Of a stretch of 64,000 nucleotides of DNA, positions 10,821 through 24,113 are shown one piece after another; position 1 is the first letter of the stretch, and each line of letters begins with the position of its first letter. Under the pieces are notes generated by a model, which saw only the letters and a program-made list of their open reading frames with translations, searched no databases and had not been told where the DNA came from. The position numbers were made by a program, and so were the translations under genes. Source of the stretch: Octopus vulgaris (taxonomy: Eukaryota); the NCBI GenBank assembly GCA_951406725.2, contig OX597818.1, positions 15,376,001-15,440,000 on the forward strand, in the 5' to 3' direction.

Positions 10821-13387
10821 GTAAAGTATTGCCAATTTTTCTCTATCATGCTGATTTAGACTTGGATTTACATTAAGGAGACATTTGCCTGTGGAATCTC
10901 CTGGATATGACATTAAACTGCATCCAGTGGTGAGGCAGCTGTTCAGAAGTTCTTAAGTTGTGGGGAGTCACCTTCAAATAACCATTAACTTCAGGTTGAT
11001 CTTGACACAGAACAGTAATATCTGTCAGTGTCTCATCTATGAGTTGAATAGATTTTTGTAAGTGTAGATTGAGTGCCTTAACTGAGGTGAAAGCAATGAA
11101 TCAAGGAGAAGAAAATCTCCAAAATTGGTACCTTCTTCCAACATGCCAGTATGGAAGAGTATGGCTGATGATACTTACATGAGGTATGTCGAATAACATA
11201 GATTCATACTACTGTAGGTGTGACGTAAATTGAAACAGATTCTTATTTCTTTATTGCCCACAAGGGGCTAAACATAGAGGGGACAAACAAGAACAGACAA
11301 AGGGATTAAGTCGATTACATTGACCCCAGTGTATAACTGGTACTTAATTTATCTACCCCGAAAGGATGAAAGGAAGAGTCAACCTCAGCGGAATTTGAAC
11401 TCGGAATGTAACAGCAAACGAAATACCGCTAAGCATTTCACCCGGTGCGCTAATGTTTCTGCCAGCTCGCCATCTTATGAATTGAAACAGATTCTGTCAT
11501 TGTTCTATTTATGGTCCTCCGGAAGCCAGGGGATTCAACATCACTGACCTCCCACTCTAGAATGTTCCAAGTACAGTGGATTTATGTCCCTTTTAGTAAT
11601 TGCACTATAGCACTGACTGTTCTGGAAGGGTTTTGTTCACTAGGAGGAGCCAGCAGTCTTTCAGCCTATATATGAGACAGAGAGATTTGTTCTTTCTTTG
11701 TTATTCCTAATCCAGCCTGTTCACATCCATGTTATGGAGAGCAACAATACTTGTCTACATGTGGCTTAAGCTAAGAAGATGGCCTCTACCGGCAACTGTG
11801 TGCCTCAAGCCCTTATGTTACACCACATGCATTCAGATTTCTCTTGTGCCACTAGCGAATCATTTGTAGTGTGAATTGCCTTTGTACACTTTCTATTGCA
11901 TTTCTTTCATGCAGAACACAACTGGGCAAAATATTGTGTGTAACTTTTCACATTTCTGTGCTGGTTCACTCGAAGCATATTCTTGGTGAACTCATATCGG
12001 TTCTTATCTATGATTAAATTATTTGTGAAGTTTAAGAATGCCTCCTTCATTATTCCTAACCTTGCACCTGCATTAACATTTAATACAGAGAAAACTACTA
12101 CTAGAGTGATGACCAAACAACACTAAACTGTGGAGCCAAGAATCTCATGTTAGTGCACATTCTGCCACAGGTGGACATAACATGAAACAATGATGTCTGG
12201 GGGATACCTTGCTCCTTACATTTTGATTGAATGATTTAGACATTCAGTTAATCAAGCTTGATAGCAAAAAACAATAAAGACTTCACTTGGTTTTACTATT
12301 TTGTTAATCTAATTAAGTAATGAGCAATCATGTTAATTGTTCTGTGTTCATTATCATTATTTTTATGCCTGCAAAGGTGGCAAGCTGGCAGAATCATTAG
12401 AATGATGGACAAAATGTTTAACAACATTTTAAGTTCAAATTTTGTCATGGTCAACCTTGCCTTTCCTCCTTTTGGGGTCAATGAAATAAGTACAGATGTA
12501 ATTGACGATCACCACCCCACTAAAATTTCAGGTCTTGTGCCAATATTAGAAAAAATTACTTTTTTATGCCTGTTTTTTTTTTTCAAAATTAAATATACAT
12601 TCCATGAGGCAGATATGCCTTTTGTGACCAGATATCACACAGACATAGGTGTGTGTGTGTGTTTGTGCATGTATGCACATGCATGTGTGTGAAGATGTCT
12701 TTTGGTTTTGCTTCACAATTGCAAGGTTGTGGGTTCAATTCTTGGATCAGGTGAAGCATTGTGTCCTTGAGAAAGACACTACTCCAGTTTACTTTGCTGA
12801 AAATGAGAAGCCCTCTCTTCGTCCAGGGGTTACATTTTCCATGTTCCATTGGATACTGAGTGGGAAATCCAAAAAAGAGGCCTATACCTGCTCACAACCA
12901 CATAGATCACTTATTTTTTTCTAGACATAGTCCACCACAAATGATTAACCAATGTGCTCTTCCATTCAGGGGGAAACTTAGCTTCTCTTTCTAGATGGTC
13001 AAGTGACAATGTAGAGCTTTCCATGTAGGCTCTGAGACTTGATTGTTGTTATTGCTGTTGATGTTGATTAGCCACAAGATGGCCTTGATTGAGCAAACCT
13101 ATGATCATAAGCATTCCAGTTGTGACCATCTCATCATTCATTTTTTTTTTTTTTGAGCTACAGTGTACCTCAGACTACATTGTCTAATGCAGCCTTCCAT
13201 TGTTTTGAGGCAGTAGTAAGTGATATGAGGGAGATTTAGATACTCTAGGTGTGAATGAAACGAAAGCAATTAAAATCACTTAATTACTTTTATGCAGCTT
13301 AAATACTTCCACATAATTTTTTTCAAAATTCATTTGTTATATTACCATCTTATTCTTATTTTGTATTTTTGTTTTGTTTTTTTACAG

Positions 13388-13412
13388 TTACTGAAAAAAG
13401 GGAATATTCAAG
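13388..13412 (+). CDS. IgSF receptor cytoplasmic microexon A1 (25 nt, VTEKREYS)
   Basis: Long T tract plus ttacag; AAG|gtaaat donor; phase 1->2, in frame with the TM exon. Confidence 0.8.
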
Positions 13413-13532
13413 GTAAATTGTTTTCTTTTTTAACAATTCATTTTTCTTTTCTTCATTTTCTAACATCTATCATAATAATTCTAACACTTAATGTATAACA
13501 CTATGTGACAAAATTTTTATTTTATTTTTATT

Positions 13533-13958
13533 TTTTTGTCTTTGGTCAGTAAGTGTTATTTCCTATTTGCTTCTATCTAGAAATCAAAGGAAATGACTAC
13601 TGTTCCCTTCAAACTTTGATGTTGTGACCTTTGAAACTGACCTATTTTCCGTTACATGTCAGACAGATTCAGTGCTGAGTTGCTGAAGCAGAAATATCAT
13701 TATAGCAAATATTCTGCTCAATACCACAGATTTGCTTGTCGTTCATTTGACCTTAATCCCTTGAGCATGTCCCTCAGGGGCTGACAATATGTGCATTTCT
13801 GATCATGTTGGAGAGCATCATAGCCATGTGTTGAGAGGGATTCTTTGGGGTTTGAATAAACATGACAAAAGCAAAGTTTGAAGAAAATATTAGCCATTTT
13901 TCATACTTTCTAGGGGTAAGCAAATAGGAAATAACAGTTGCTATCCAAGGACAAAAAT
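13533..13958. mobile_element. MITE-like element with ~95-bp terminal inverted repeats
   Basis: 13533-13626 (tttttgtc...gttatttcctatttgctt...cttcaaactttg) is the reverse complement of 13864-13958. Confidence 0.7.
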
Positions 13959-15654
13959 TGCATTACCCTCCAATTAACTCTACCTAACTATTCAATATAA
14001 AGAGCTAATAATGTTGGATGTAGAAGAGATTGTACAGTGCTGAATTAAAATATAAGCTAAAAAATAAAAGAAACTGAAAAAATAGAAAATAGAAAAAGAT
14101 GGTAGCTTAGTCTAGTAATCACCTGTTATTCCAGTGCTCCATCATGAAAATCTATTGTCACCCCATAATGTGGTACTTTTAAGCCTACATTTGCTGCCCT
14201 CTACCTACCCAGGCCTTTGTTTCACTTCACTTAGCATCCTTGCTCCACCTCCTCTCTACCAAATCATCTCTGCTTTTACATTTCCTTTTGCCTAAGAGCT
14301 CTCCATCTATCATGTCCTTACCACCTGTTGCTGATCACATCATCTTCATCACTGCCCACTTGCCCTTCAGTAGTATATAAGAAGCTGCATTTGGCTACCA
14401 TCATCCTCTATCCAATACACTTTAACTTCACTATGCTGTGTTGCCAGCCAGCACTCCTATTCCTCTCTGAACAACCTCTGTTGCTACCCTTCACCTACTC
14501 TTGCCTTTATCTCAGCACCAACTTCTACTTTTGTCAACTGCTGTTATTGCCAGCTAGTAAAACCAGTGAGACTTCTTCATATCATATCTGACTGTTTTAA
14601 GAAAATCCCAGTACATATTGGAGAATGATACAGAAAGAGAGAATGGTTATGGTGGGAATGAGAGTCAGGACAAATTCTGTGAGGCATTCTATCAGATGCT
14701 CTAACAACATAGACAGCTTGCTACCTTAATATAAGAGTTGAAGGTCAGTTAGTAGATAGAAAGAAAAGCACTGTACATTTTTCTTACTAATCAGCTTTCT
14801 TTTTCCCTGAGGATATGAGCCTGATCAGGCTGGAATCAGTTACTAACTTTTCTTATAACCGATGCTGAAATTGTTCCATCAATATCCCAGATCTTTAAAG
14901 CGGCAAGCTGGCAGAATCATTAGCATGCTGGTCGAAATGCTTAGCAGTATTTTGTCTGTCTTTGCATTTGAGTTCAAATTCCACTGAGGTCGATTTTGCC
15001 TTTCATCCTTTTGGGGTCGATAAATTAAGTACCAGTTGCATACTCTAATTAAGTACCAGTTGCAACTCTAATCAAGTGTCCCCCTCCCTAAAAATTTCGG
15101 GCCTTGTGCCTAGAGTAGAAAAGAACATTTCAAATCTTTCTCACTCCTGCTTGTTTATTGCTTTCTTTGTTATACCTTGTTTTTTATTAATTTCTTTTTA
15201 CTTTAAGGATTTTCCTTTCATCTTATAGTTCAACAAAAACATCTTCTCTTGAAAATTATTGGAATAACAAAGTCTTGAGGTTGTCAATTTTAACATTTTA
15301 TGCTTTGCATGGCTATTTTGCTGGAATGAAAAGCATTGAGTTTGTCAACTTTAACATTTTATGCTTTTGCATGGGTAACATTATTGAAATATCATTCTGT
15401 ATGCGTTTATATATTTGTAGCATTCAAAATATTTTGTTTTATGTTATGAGGGTGTGTGAATGTGCCAGTTTTCAGGTGGGTTAATATAAAGCCTCTGATG
15501 GTGAGGGGTGACCATAACATATATATATATATATATTAATGTTATCATCGTTGTTTTAACATCTACTTTTCCATGCTCACATGGGCAAAGTTTGTTGAGA
15601 CAAATTTTCTAAGACTGGATATCCTTCCAGTCCCAAACTCTAATTTGTATTATA

Positions 15655-15957
15655 CTAGCAGAAATACCCAGCATTGCCTGGGTTAAAGAATGTAATGAAA
15701 TTTAAAATTGCCATGTAGATTACACAGGTCTCAACTGCTAGTAGCTGAGATACCAACTTTCTACTTAACTCTGCAACCCATGCCAGCATGGAACATAGAC
15801 ATTAAGTGAAATGTGGAAAGGAAGTTTTCAACTCATATATGTATATAAAGTAAATACACGTTTGTCTAACTTATTTCGTAACCAAAAAACAGGTACAGAT
15901 TATAAGCAATGAAATGCCCTGCATAGAGTACAAACACACACATACACACACACATAT

Positions 15958-15988
<31 letters not shown>

Positions 15989-17290
15989 CAAACAGACAAT
16001 GAATATATCACATTACTGTTGCATTTTTATACACACATTCACGCATATCAGTTGAAAAGTGAAAGTGTAATAGTAATACTTTAACACTCAATGGTTTTAT
16101 ACTTCTACACTCACTGAGTGGTTGGCGTTAGGAAGGGTATCCAGCTGTAGAAACACTGCCAAATCAGACTGGAGCCTGGCACAGCCTCCTGGCTTCCCAG
16201 ACCCCTGTCGAACCGTCCAACCCATGCTAGCATGGAAAACGGACGTTAAACGATGAGGATGAGGATGATTATGTACATGACATGGACCTACTATTCATGT
16301 AAGTGCTTCTTCATATACTGTGTTTTCTCTCTTGCCATGTTTATCACTGAGAATGTAGAGGTTCTTTTCATCTCCAACTCTAGAACATCCAACATACAGC
16401 TGACCATGTGTGAAGCAAGGTTGAAGGAGGTTAAGCCCCACCACCTTTAGCGATTGAGCTTGTGCTTTGTTGATAGACATTGCAAAGCTGAGTTTGACAG
16501 GAAACTGCAGTCTCTTGAACTGAAAGGGGAGGTCATTTGAGATAAGAGGTATCCTTGGAATGAAGACATTCTCACCCATCATGTTGCCATGATGGAGAAG
16601 AGGTTTCTCAGCTGCAAAGGAGACTTGCACATTTGTGCCTCTGTCAGAGTGGCATCCCAGTGTGCATCGTCTTCTAGAAAACCTCTGAGATGGCAAGCCT
16701 GGCAATATGTTTGACATACTATGTTATTAACCATATGTAAGGCTGTAAATAATGTGGATTACTTGACATGGTGTAATAGAAGAATTAGATAGTAACACTC
16801 TTAGTAGTTGGGATGAGCAACAGAGACTCTGCCAAGTGTGTCTGGTTTTTTAATTCCCAGATGATGTGTGGGTGCTCCAAGTGCATGTCTTTTCCATTTG
16901 TTTTGGTACTAGGTATAGAAATGTGGAACTTCATTGTATAGCAGTCTTGTAGCAAATTCATCATCTTGACAGAGCTTGAAGAATGCTGTGAGCATGGTAT
17001 TTTTGGAAGCTTCCATTTGTAGTTGGACTGTGTCTGTCAGTGTGCTGTCTCTGAGATGGAGGACAATGTCATGCTTGTCATGTTCTTGCCCAGCCAGAAG
17101 CATAGCTATTTCATTTGCTGTTGGAGCATTAAACCTCCTTCCAGGTTGACAAGATGGATTCTTGCCTGATCTGATAACTACCTTGTAATCTAGGGAGTTA
17201 GATGGAATTTTTTCAAATGCAGTCTTGAAGCTTCTGTTATACAGCATCTTTTGCAAAGACACTACAATGTTCAACCTGATGCCAGAAATG
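15655..17290 (-). mobile_element. Internally deleted Helitron (Rep and PIF1-helicase fragments)
   Basis: ORF 16295-16717 has FKRLQFPVKLSFAMSINKAQ..SL..VG..L..PCFTHGQLYVGCSRV. ORF 16909-17274 has RRFNAPTANEIA and TMLTAFFKLC..LLYNEVP. The 3' end has a hairpin (acccagcattgcctgggt, 15666-15683) followed by CTAG at 15655-15658. Confidence 0.9.
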
Positions 17291-17399
17291 TTCTTTTAAT
17301 TTTAATTGCTAATTATACAACATAATTAGTTAGATAAATGACCAACATGTGTTTCTGCAGCATAGAGAATGTGCAGTTGCATATGCACCATCATTTAGG

Positions 17400-17615
17400 G
17401 TCTTTTCACAAGCATGGTCTGATTTCATCATGTTGAACTATTAATCCCTACACATTTTTCTCTCTCTTTTTTCCTCTCAATTCTTTCTGTCAAAGAGCAT
17501 ATGCTCAAAACATCAAAGACTTTTCCACTCTTCCCAAGTGTTAAACTAATACACTTGCTTGTTGTTCCTTCACCTGTCTAAGTCATTTGTTTTCTGTAAA
17601 TTCGAATAATATATA
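17400..17615 (+). mobile_element. Short Penelope-like-derived repeat with hammerhead-like core (second copy ~58205-58380, - strand)
   Basis: The two copies align over ~180 bp and share cttt-CTGT.(G/A)A-a-GAGC-loop-GCTC-(G/A)AAA..aaag. Confidence 0.55.
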
Positions 17616-18967
17616 TACTCATATATAACAAAATAAATAGTGATGGATTATTAATCCAGGTAGAATACTTCATAAGCTCTCTGTTGGCATACCAGGCTGA
17701 CACTATTAGTTAGATTAGTGATGAACTCCATAACTTGGACCCTACCACAAGGATACCTGGAGTTCTTCACTAATCTAATATTGTGTATGTGTGTGTGTGT
17801 GTGTGTGGTGTGTATGCATGTGTCTGTATTGTTTGTCCCCCATCACCACTTGACAACCAGTATTGGTGTGTTTACGTCCCCATAACTTAGTTCAGCAAAA
17901 GAGACCAATAGAATAAGTACCAGGCTTTAAAAAATAAGTACTGGGGTCGATTCATTTGACTAAAAATTCAAGGTGGTGCCCCAGCATGACCACAGTCTAC
18001 TGACTGAAACAACTAAAAGATATGACAGGCTTCTTTCAGTTTCTGTCAATCAAATCTAGTCAAGGCTTTGGTCAGCCCAGGGCTGCGGGAGAAGACACTT
18101 TCCAAGAGTGTCATGCAGTTAGACAAACCTGAAACCATATGGATGAAGTTGGAAAACAAACTTCTTAATCACACAGCCATGCCTGTATAGACACACACCT
18201 ACCTACATCCATTAATCTAATGTTATTAATCTAAACAAACTTAAACTGAACTTTAGCTGCCCTAACTTCAATGATTCATTATTATTCCAAAGGCCAGAAA
18301 AACCCAAGATTGCTAAAGATGCAGCACAGATTGCTACTGCAATATCCAGAACTGTTGCGTACCTTTGTTTATATAACACAATTATAAATAACATATGGTT
18401 TTCAAGATATTCAAGCATTAGTACAGATTTCCCAAAGCATTACTCTTTTACTCTTTTATTTGTTTCAGTCATTTGACTGTGGCCATGCTGGAGCACCGCC
18501 TTTGGTCGAGCAAATCGAGCCTGGGACTTATTCTTTGTAAGCCTAGTACTTATTCTATTGGTCTCTTTTGCCGAACCACCAAGTGACAGGGACATAAACA
18601 CACCAGCATTGGTTGTCAAGCAATGCTAGGGAGATGAACACACACACACACACACATATATTTATATACATAGATATGACAGGCTTCTTTCAGTTTCCGT
18701 CTACCAAATCCACTCACAAGGCTTTGGTCAGCCCAAGGCTATAGTAGAAGATGCCCAAGATGCCACACAGTGGGACTGAACCTGGAACCATGTGGTTGGT
18801 AAGCAAGCTAGTTACCACACAGCCACTCCTGCGTCTATATTAAATTATATTTTTAGAAATCCAAAATTCTGTGGTATGCCATTTCAGAACCATTGAAATA
18901 GATGGTCTTTAATTCATTCACAGAATGGGCCCTCTTAATGACTTTTAGATCTCACATTAATTCCACT

Positions 18968-19420
18968 TTAACCCTTTAGCATTTAAACCAGCCATATCCA
19001 GCCAAAATATTCTACCTATTTTATGCTTAAACTAGTCAAGAATCTTTCTCCATGTGAACATGGAAAAGTGGGTGTTGAAACAATGATGATAATGGTTAAT
19101 ATATATACATACATAATATATATGAATGTGTGACAGTCTATGTATACATATTAAGAAATTCCTTTATTCTCTATTCTTTTATGTTTCATTCATTCAATGT
19201 GGTGCAATGCCTTGGTAGGTTTTAGTTGATGATATCAAACCCACTAGTTACTTCAAGTTTGGAATTTTATCTCTCAGTCTCTTACACCGACCCTATGAGG
19301 TCATTCTAAAAATAAACAATCACTTCAGTGAAATCTCAAAGCCACAGGATAATATATGATTAATTCAAAACAATGGAAATAAATAAGCATTGCATTTGAT
19401 AGAATAATCTGAATGTTAAA
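18968..19420. mobile_element. piggyBac-like non-autonomous element (TTAA-CCC termini); related copies 20099-20319 and 29545-29771
   Basis: ttaaccctttagcattt...aatgctaaagg(g)ttaa type termini with a shared internal sequence in three copies. Confidence 0.6.
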
Positions 19421-21066
19421 GCATATAAATTTTTTTTTATTTTATTGGAAGTCATTCTTAACAAGGTGGCAAGTTACTAGTAAGAATAAATCAAAACAAG
19501 TTTAAAACAACTACTTAGTATCTTGGAAGTTAGAAAAGAAAGCGGTAAAAATCTATATGTATGAAAATATAAAGAAAATGGGTTGTCTTAAGAATTATAA
19601 AATAATCAGCACAGGACTTAAAGAGTTTTATATCATATTTATCTAGAAAACAAGAAAGAGAATTTCAAAAGACAGATAGTTCAGGAAAGAAACTACTGGA
19701 ATAGGAACACTTCTTAGAGTAGGAGATAATGTTGAAGGGATAAGATTTAGCAGAAAGATGAGTCACTCATGTAATAATCTTAAGAAGAGATGGTACAAGG
19801 AATGAAAGTCTGGTAGGACAATAATCACAGAAGTATTTATAGAATAGAGATAAAGAAGCAATGTAATGGTTATGAGAGTGGGGTTGAAGTTTTACTGCCA
19901 AAACAGAACCTGTATGGTTAGAATATTGGTTTTGAACAAAAGAGAGAAAGATCACCAGCCTAAGTGTACCAACAGCATTCCATACAAAAGTAAATAAGAG
20001 AGTCATAACAATGAACAGTACATTTGAAGAAAACAAAGTGATGAGCTCAATATAACGAATTAACATTCGTAATGGTTGATTTAACATTAGTTCTAATGTA
20101 ACCTTTAGCATTTAAATAGGCCATATCTAATCCAAATATTCTTGTTTTATGCTCAGACAAGCTAGATCTGGCTTCTTACACCTGCCCTACTGTGTCATTG
20201 TAAAAATAAACAATCACATCATCAAAATCTTGATGCTACAAGAAAATGCATAATCAATTTGAAATAATATGAAGAAATAAGCATCACATTTCACAGGAAT
20301 TTGAATGCTAAAGGATTAATCATTCCAGTTAAGATCTTTAGATAAAGTTAAACTTAAAACATAAAGACAAGAAGACTGAAAAACACACAGACAAAAAAAA
20401 AACCGATGTCAGACAGAGAAATAGGAATACCATCATAATTCTTTAATGATTAATGGGGGAAAAAAAGTTTAGTTTTTACTGAGCTGAAAGTAACACAAAT
20501 TAAGTTTCAGAAAACTGATCATTTTCACTCAATCATACAAGTCAAATGTTCCTCAGTCAAGCAAGAAGAGATTGACAAGTTTAAACATGATATCATCCAG
20601 AAGATCATTAATAAAAACTAAAAATAATATTGATTACATGACACATCATGCCTGCTATATTTTTTATTTGTGATTTCATTATGCACCTTATCTGTGGGTA
20701 TAGGTCGTGTGCTGTTTATGATGCAGCAAAGTATGTTATTTTATGCTCTTTTTAGCTGGCTTTTGTGGTTGCTTTTTAAAGCTTTATGTCAATCATAAGC
20801 AAACTGACTTAAGAACGCAAATGATTCAGCAATGACCATCGTATCTTTTTCTTTTGTTTAAGACATAGCATATCAAGGACTATATAATCCAGTGTGACTT
20901 TTATGAAACAACAGGATGTAATATGAGAGAAATTTGGTTGCTAATTGTAGTCTATAGAGAGCAACCAATGCCAAAGCCTCCTTCATTGGCTTGCAGTTAT
21001 TATGTGATTGGGGGCATAGCTGGGCTTGGTTTAAACACTGCTATATCTAATGTATTGCTTATGCAC

Positions 21067-21110
<44 letters not shown>

Positions 21111-21205
21111 ATGTGTGTGTGTGTTGTGTATATACAGGCTGAGGATATCTCTGTCCGTCTCTCTCCTGCTTTTTCTCTCTCTGTATGTGTGTGTGTGTGT
21201 GTATG

Positions 21206-21375
21206 AGGGCACATGGTCTAGTGGTTAGGCTGTTGCACTCATGACTGCGAGATCATGGTTTCATTTCCTAGACCAGGTGGTCCATTGTGTTCTTGAGCAA
21301 AACACTTCAACTCATGTTGCTCTGCAGCCACTTCAACACCTGTTGGCATGGTACACAGTGCACCTGTTCAGGCAA
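21206..21375 (+). mobile_element. tRNA-derived SINE family C
   Basis: atggtctagtggttagg head and cttgagcaaaacactt domain. Related copies at about 34055-34530, 35237-35560, 44275-44410(-), 48293-48525 and 61820-62070(-). Confidence 0.7.
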
Positions 21376-22007
21376 TTTCTTTATAACTGCACCTGATTTC
21401 GAGCATAAGGAAATAAATAGTACTTGTACGTTGCTTAAATGAAGTTTTATTTAATTTTAAATTCTTAATTTTAATTTTTAATTTTTAATTTAATCTAATT
21501 TAGGTAACACAACTTTAATAAAATAAGTTACTTAGGCTTCATAATTCTATTACAAAATTAAATAAGTAAGGCTACTCCCTTGAAAGTAGTATGAGAAATT
21601 TCAATATAACTAACTTCTAAGTTTTGACCTGTAGTCTGTCAATGTATTGATAGTAACGGCAACAATTTAAGACAGTAACAGGAATAAATAAATAAATAAA
21701 TTTAAATGACCTCTTGTTAGGATTGCACTTAGATTTTTTCTCTTAATGTATTTCCTTTTGATGATAGCCTTTGACCCCTCTACCCCTGACCTTGTTATCT
21801 CTTTAGATTCTCTTTAGATTCATATCTGCTTTCAACTATGTCAGGTTGGCAATAAAATAGCTGTTTTACTGGTCAAAAATAATATTCTCCTTATAGTTCC
21901 TGGATTCTTACAAATTCAAGCCAGCCAGGCCGTCTACAAATTCTTCTGTGTAGTAAGTCACTTTAGAACCCCTTCCCTCTAAGTTGTCACAGTATACTCT
22001 ATGTGGG

Positions 22008-22198
22008 CGTTTTTTCTTTTCTCCCTTCTTTCCCTTTTTTCTTTTCCCTTTTTTTCCTTTTCTTTTTCTTTTTTCTTTTCTTCTCCCCTTTTTTCTTTTT
22101 CTTTTCCTTTTTTTCTTTTTTCCTTTTTCTTTTTTTCTTTTTTTCTATTTCCTTTTCCATTGTCTCTTTTCTTCTCTTTCCTTTCTTTTCTTTTCTTT
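22008..22198. repeat. Nearly pure polypyrimidine (C/T) low-complexity tract
   Basis: About 190 nt with almost no purines. Explains the spurious F/S/L and K/E/R ORFs at 21984-22252. Confidence 0.95.
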
Positions 22199-22810
22199 GC
22201 TCCACAAAAAATTCCTTCAGCCTTTAGAAGTCATAACTTAGCAGTCTTGTGAAGAGAGCAGTAATGTGGCAAATACCTTATCATATAGCATGAAATGATA
22301 CCCACCTCATTGTGGATTAACCATGGATAAATTCATCGTCTGTGAGTATGAAATTCCTCCTCATATCTCTGGAAATTTACATCTACACTACGGATTAATT
22401 CACCTTCTCTGTGAAGCTAATAAGCTTTTTTTAAAAACCTGTGATAAGACTATGCATCATCATTAAGGAACTTCGGAAATCTGTTTACAACCTAAATCTG
22501 CTTTTAATGAAATTATCTCCAATACTTCATGAGTATAGCCTCACCCACTAAGATGTTTGGAGAACTCACATGTATTTTAGCTGATGAGTATGGGACACTT
22601 TTATCTGCTGCAATTTTTGCAACTTTTAATAAAGCCTGTCTTTGTATGAAACGATTGTACTAAAAACTAATCCATTCTTGTTGCTTCTTTCTCGTTTATA
22701 ATCACCCCACATTACTGTATGGTTAACACCATATAGTTTTCTGGTGCATCTAAGTTAAGTACCGTATTCAAGTAAATTCATTAGAATTGACTTGAATCTT
22801 TCTTTATTGT

Positions 22811-22871
<61 letters not shown>

Positions 22872-23950
22872 TATACACACACACACACACAAGCATATAT
22901 GGGTACAGGACATCACCCATGATGCAAATAACATGAAATATGTAAACAAACAAGGGGAAAATGAGTGAAAGACATAAGCAATGAGAAATAAAATGGAAAA
23001 CAGGACAAGTAAACATAGAAAAAGGACTCTTCATCAGTTGTCAGCTGTCTATCAACTCCTTATTTCAAGCATTCAATGATAATATGAGTCTTTAAAGTCA
23101 ATTGCTTCCATAAATTTAGGATTCATAGAAGGTAAAAGTGGAGACATAAAAGGAAACCAAACAAAAACAAACATGGAAGGTTATTAGACCAGAACAAGAG
23201 GAAAATAGTGAATGCTGGGAGAAGCATTTTTTTGAAAAGAGAAAAGATAGAAGAGAGATAGAAAAACACATTCACTCTTTTAAATGTATATATTGAAGAA
23301 ATTGGAGTCAAGAAAAAGGAGTACTATTAGAGATTTATTTATTATTGGCTACAATTGTTGCAATGCAATGTAGTTCTCCAAGAATACAGGTATTTGATTA
23401 TGCAACTGTTTGTTTGCATAATGAGATCTAGTTGTGTTTCCTCAGGTGATATATGAGTGTTGTTTCCATTAGTTTAAAATCATCAACTTCAAGGCCATCT
23501 TCTCTGTTCATCGTAGTTTGAATTTAGTAGGGCTGATAGACCCATGGTGTTTGCTGTGAGAATGTGTTTGTCAGACTGCTATGAATGGTAGTAGCTGGTA
23601 CTGGCTGGCATTTAAATGGGATTGGTCTTCTATTTTTTGTATCTTGGTATGTTTGTCATGGTTGGCCATATATAAGAATCTCTTAGGCTGACCTTTAGTA
23701 TTCAGTGGTCAGATACATATACACATACTCACACGGAGACTCAGACATACACTCTTCCACACAAACCAATGTATATATGCCCTTATACACACATACATGC
23801 ACCCACATATACATACACACACACACATATACATATCTCTCTTTCTTCAAACTTGCATGCTGACTCTCACATGATCACTCCGGGAGTCGTCATGTGAGAG
23901 CCAGAATGCAAGGTTGGAGATAAGTAGACAGATATGTATATCTGTGCATA

Positions 23951-23999
<49 letters not shown>

Positions 24000-24050
24000 A
24001 AGGTTGGAGATAAGTAGACAGATATGTATCTGTGCATATGTGTGTGTGTG

Positions 24051-24113
<63 letters not shown>

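Noticed and set aside
15280-15372. Two ~35-bp direct repeats (ttgtcaa.tttaacattttatgcttt.gcatgg)
   Set aside because: A small local duplication with no exon or motif I can support.
21984-22252. Phe-rich and Lys/Glu/Arg-rich ORFs
   Set aside because: Artefacts of a polypyrimidine tract.
23000-23075. CTGATGA on the - strand with a nearby GAAA
   Set aside because: The elements are in the wrong order for type I and there are no supporting stems for type II or III. At most a PLE relic.
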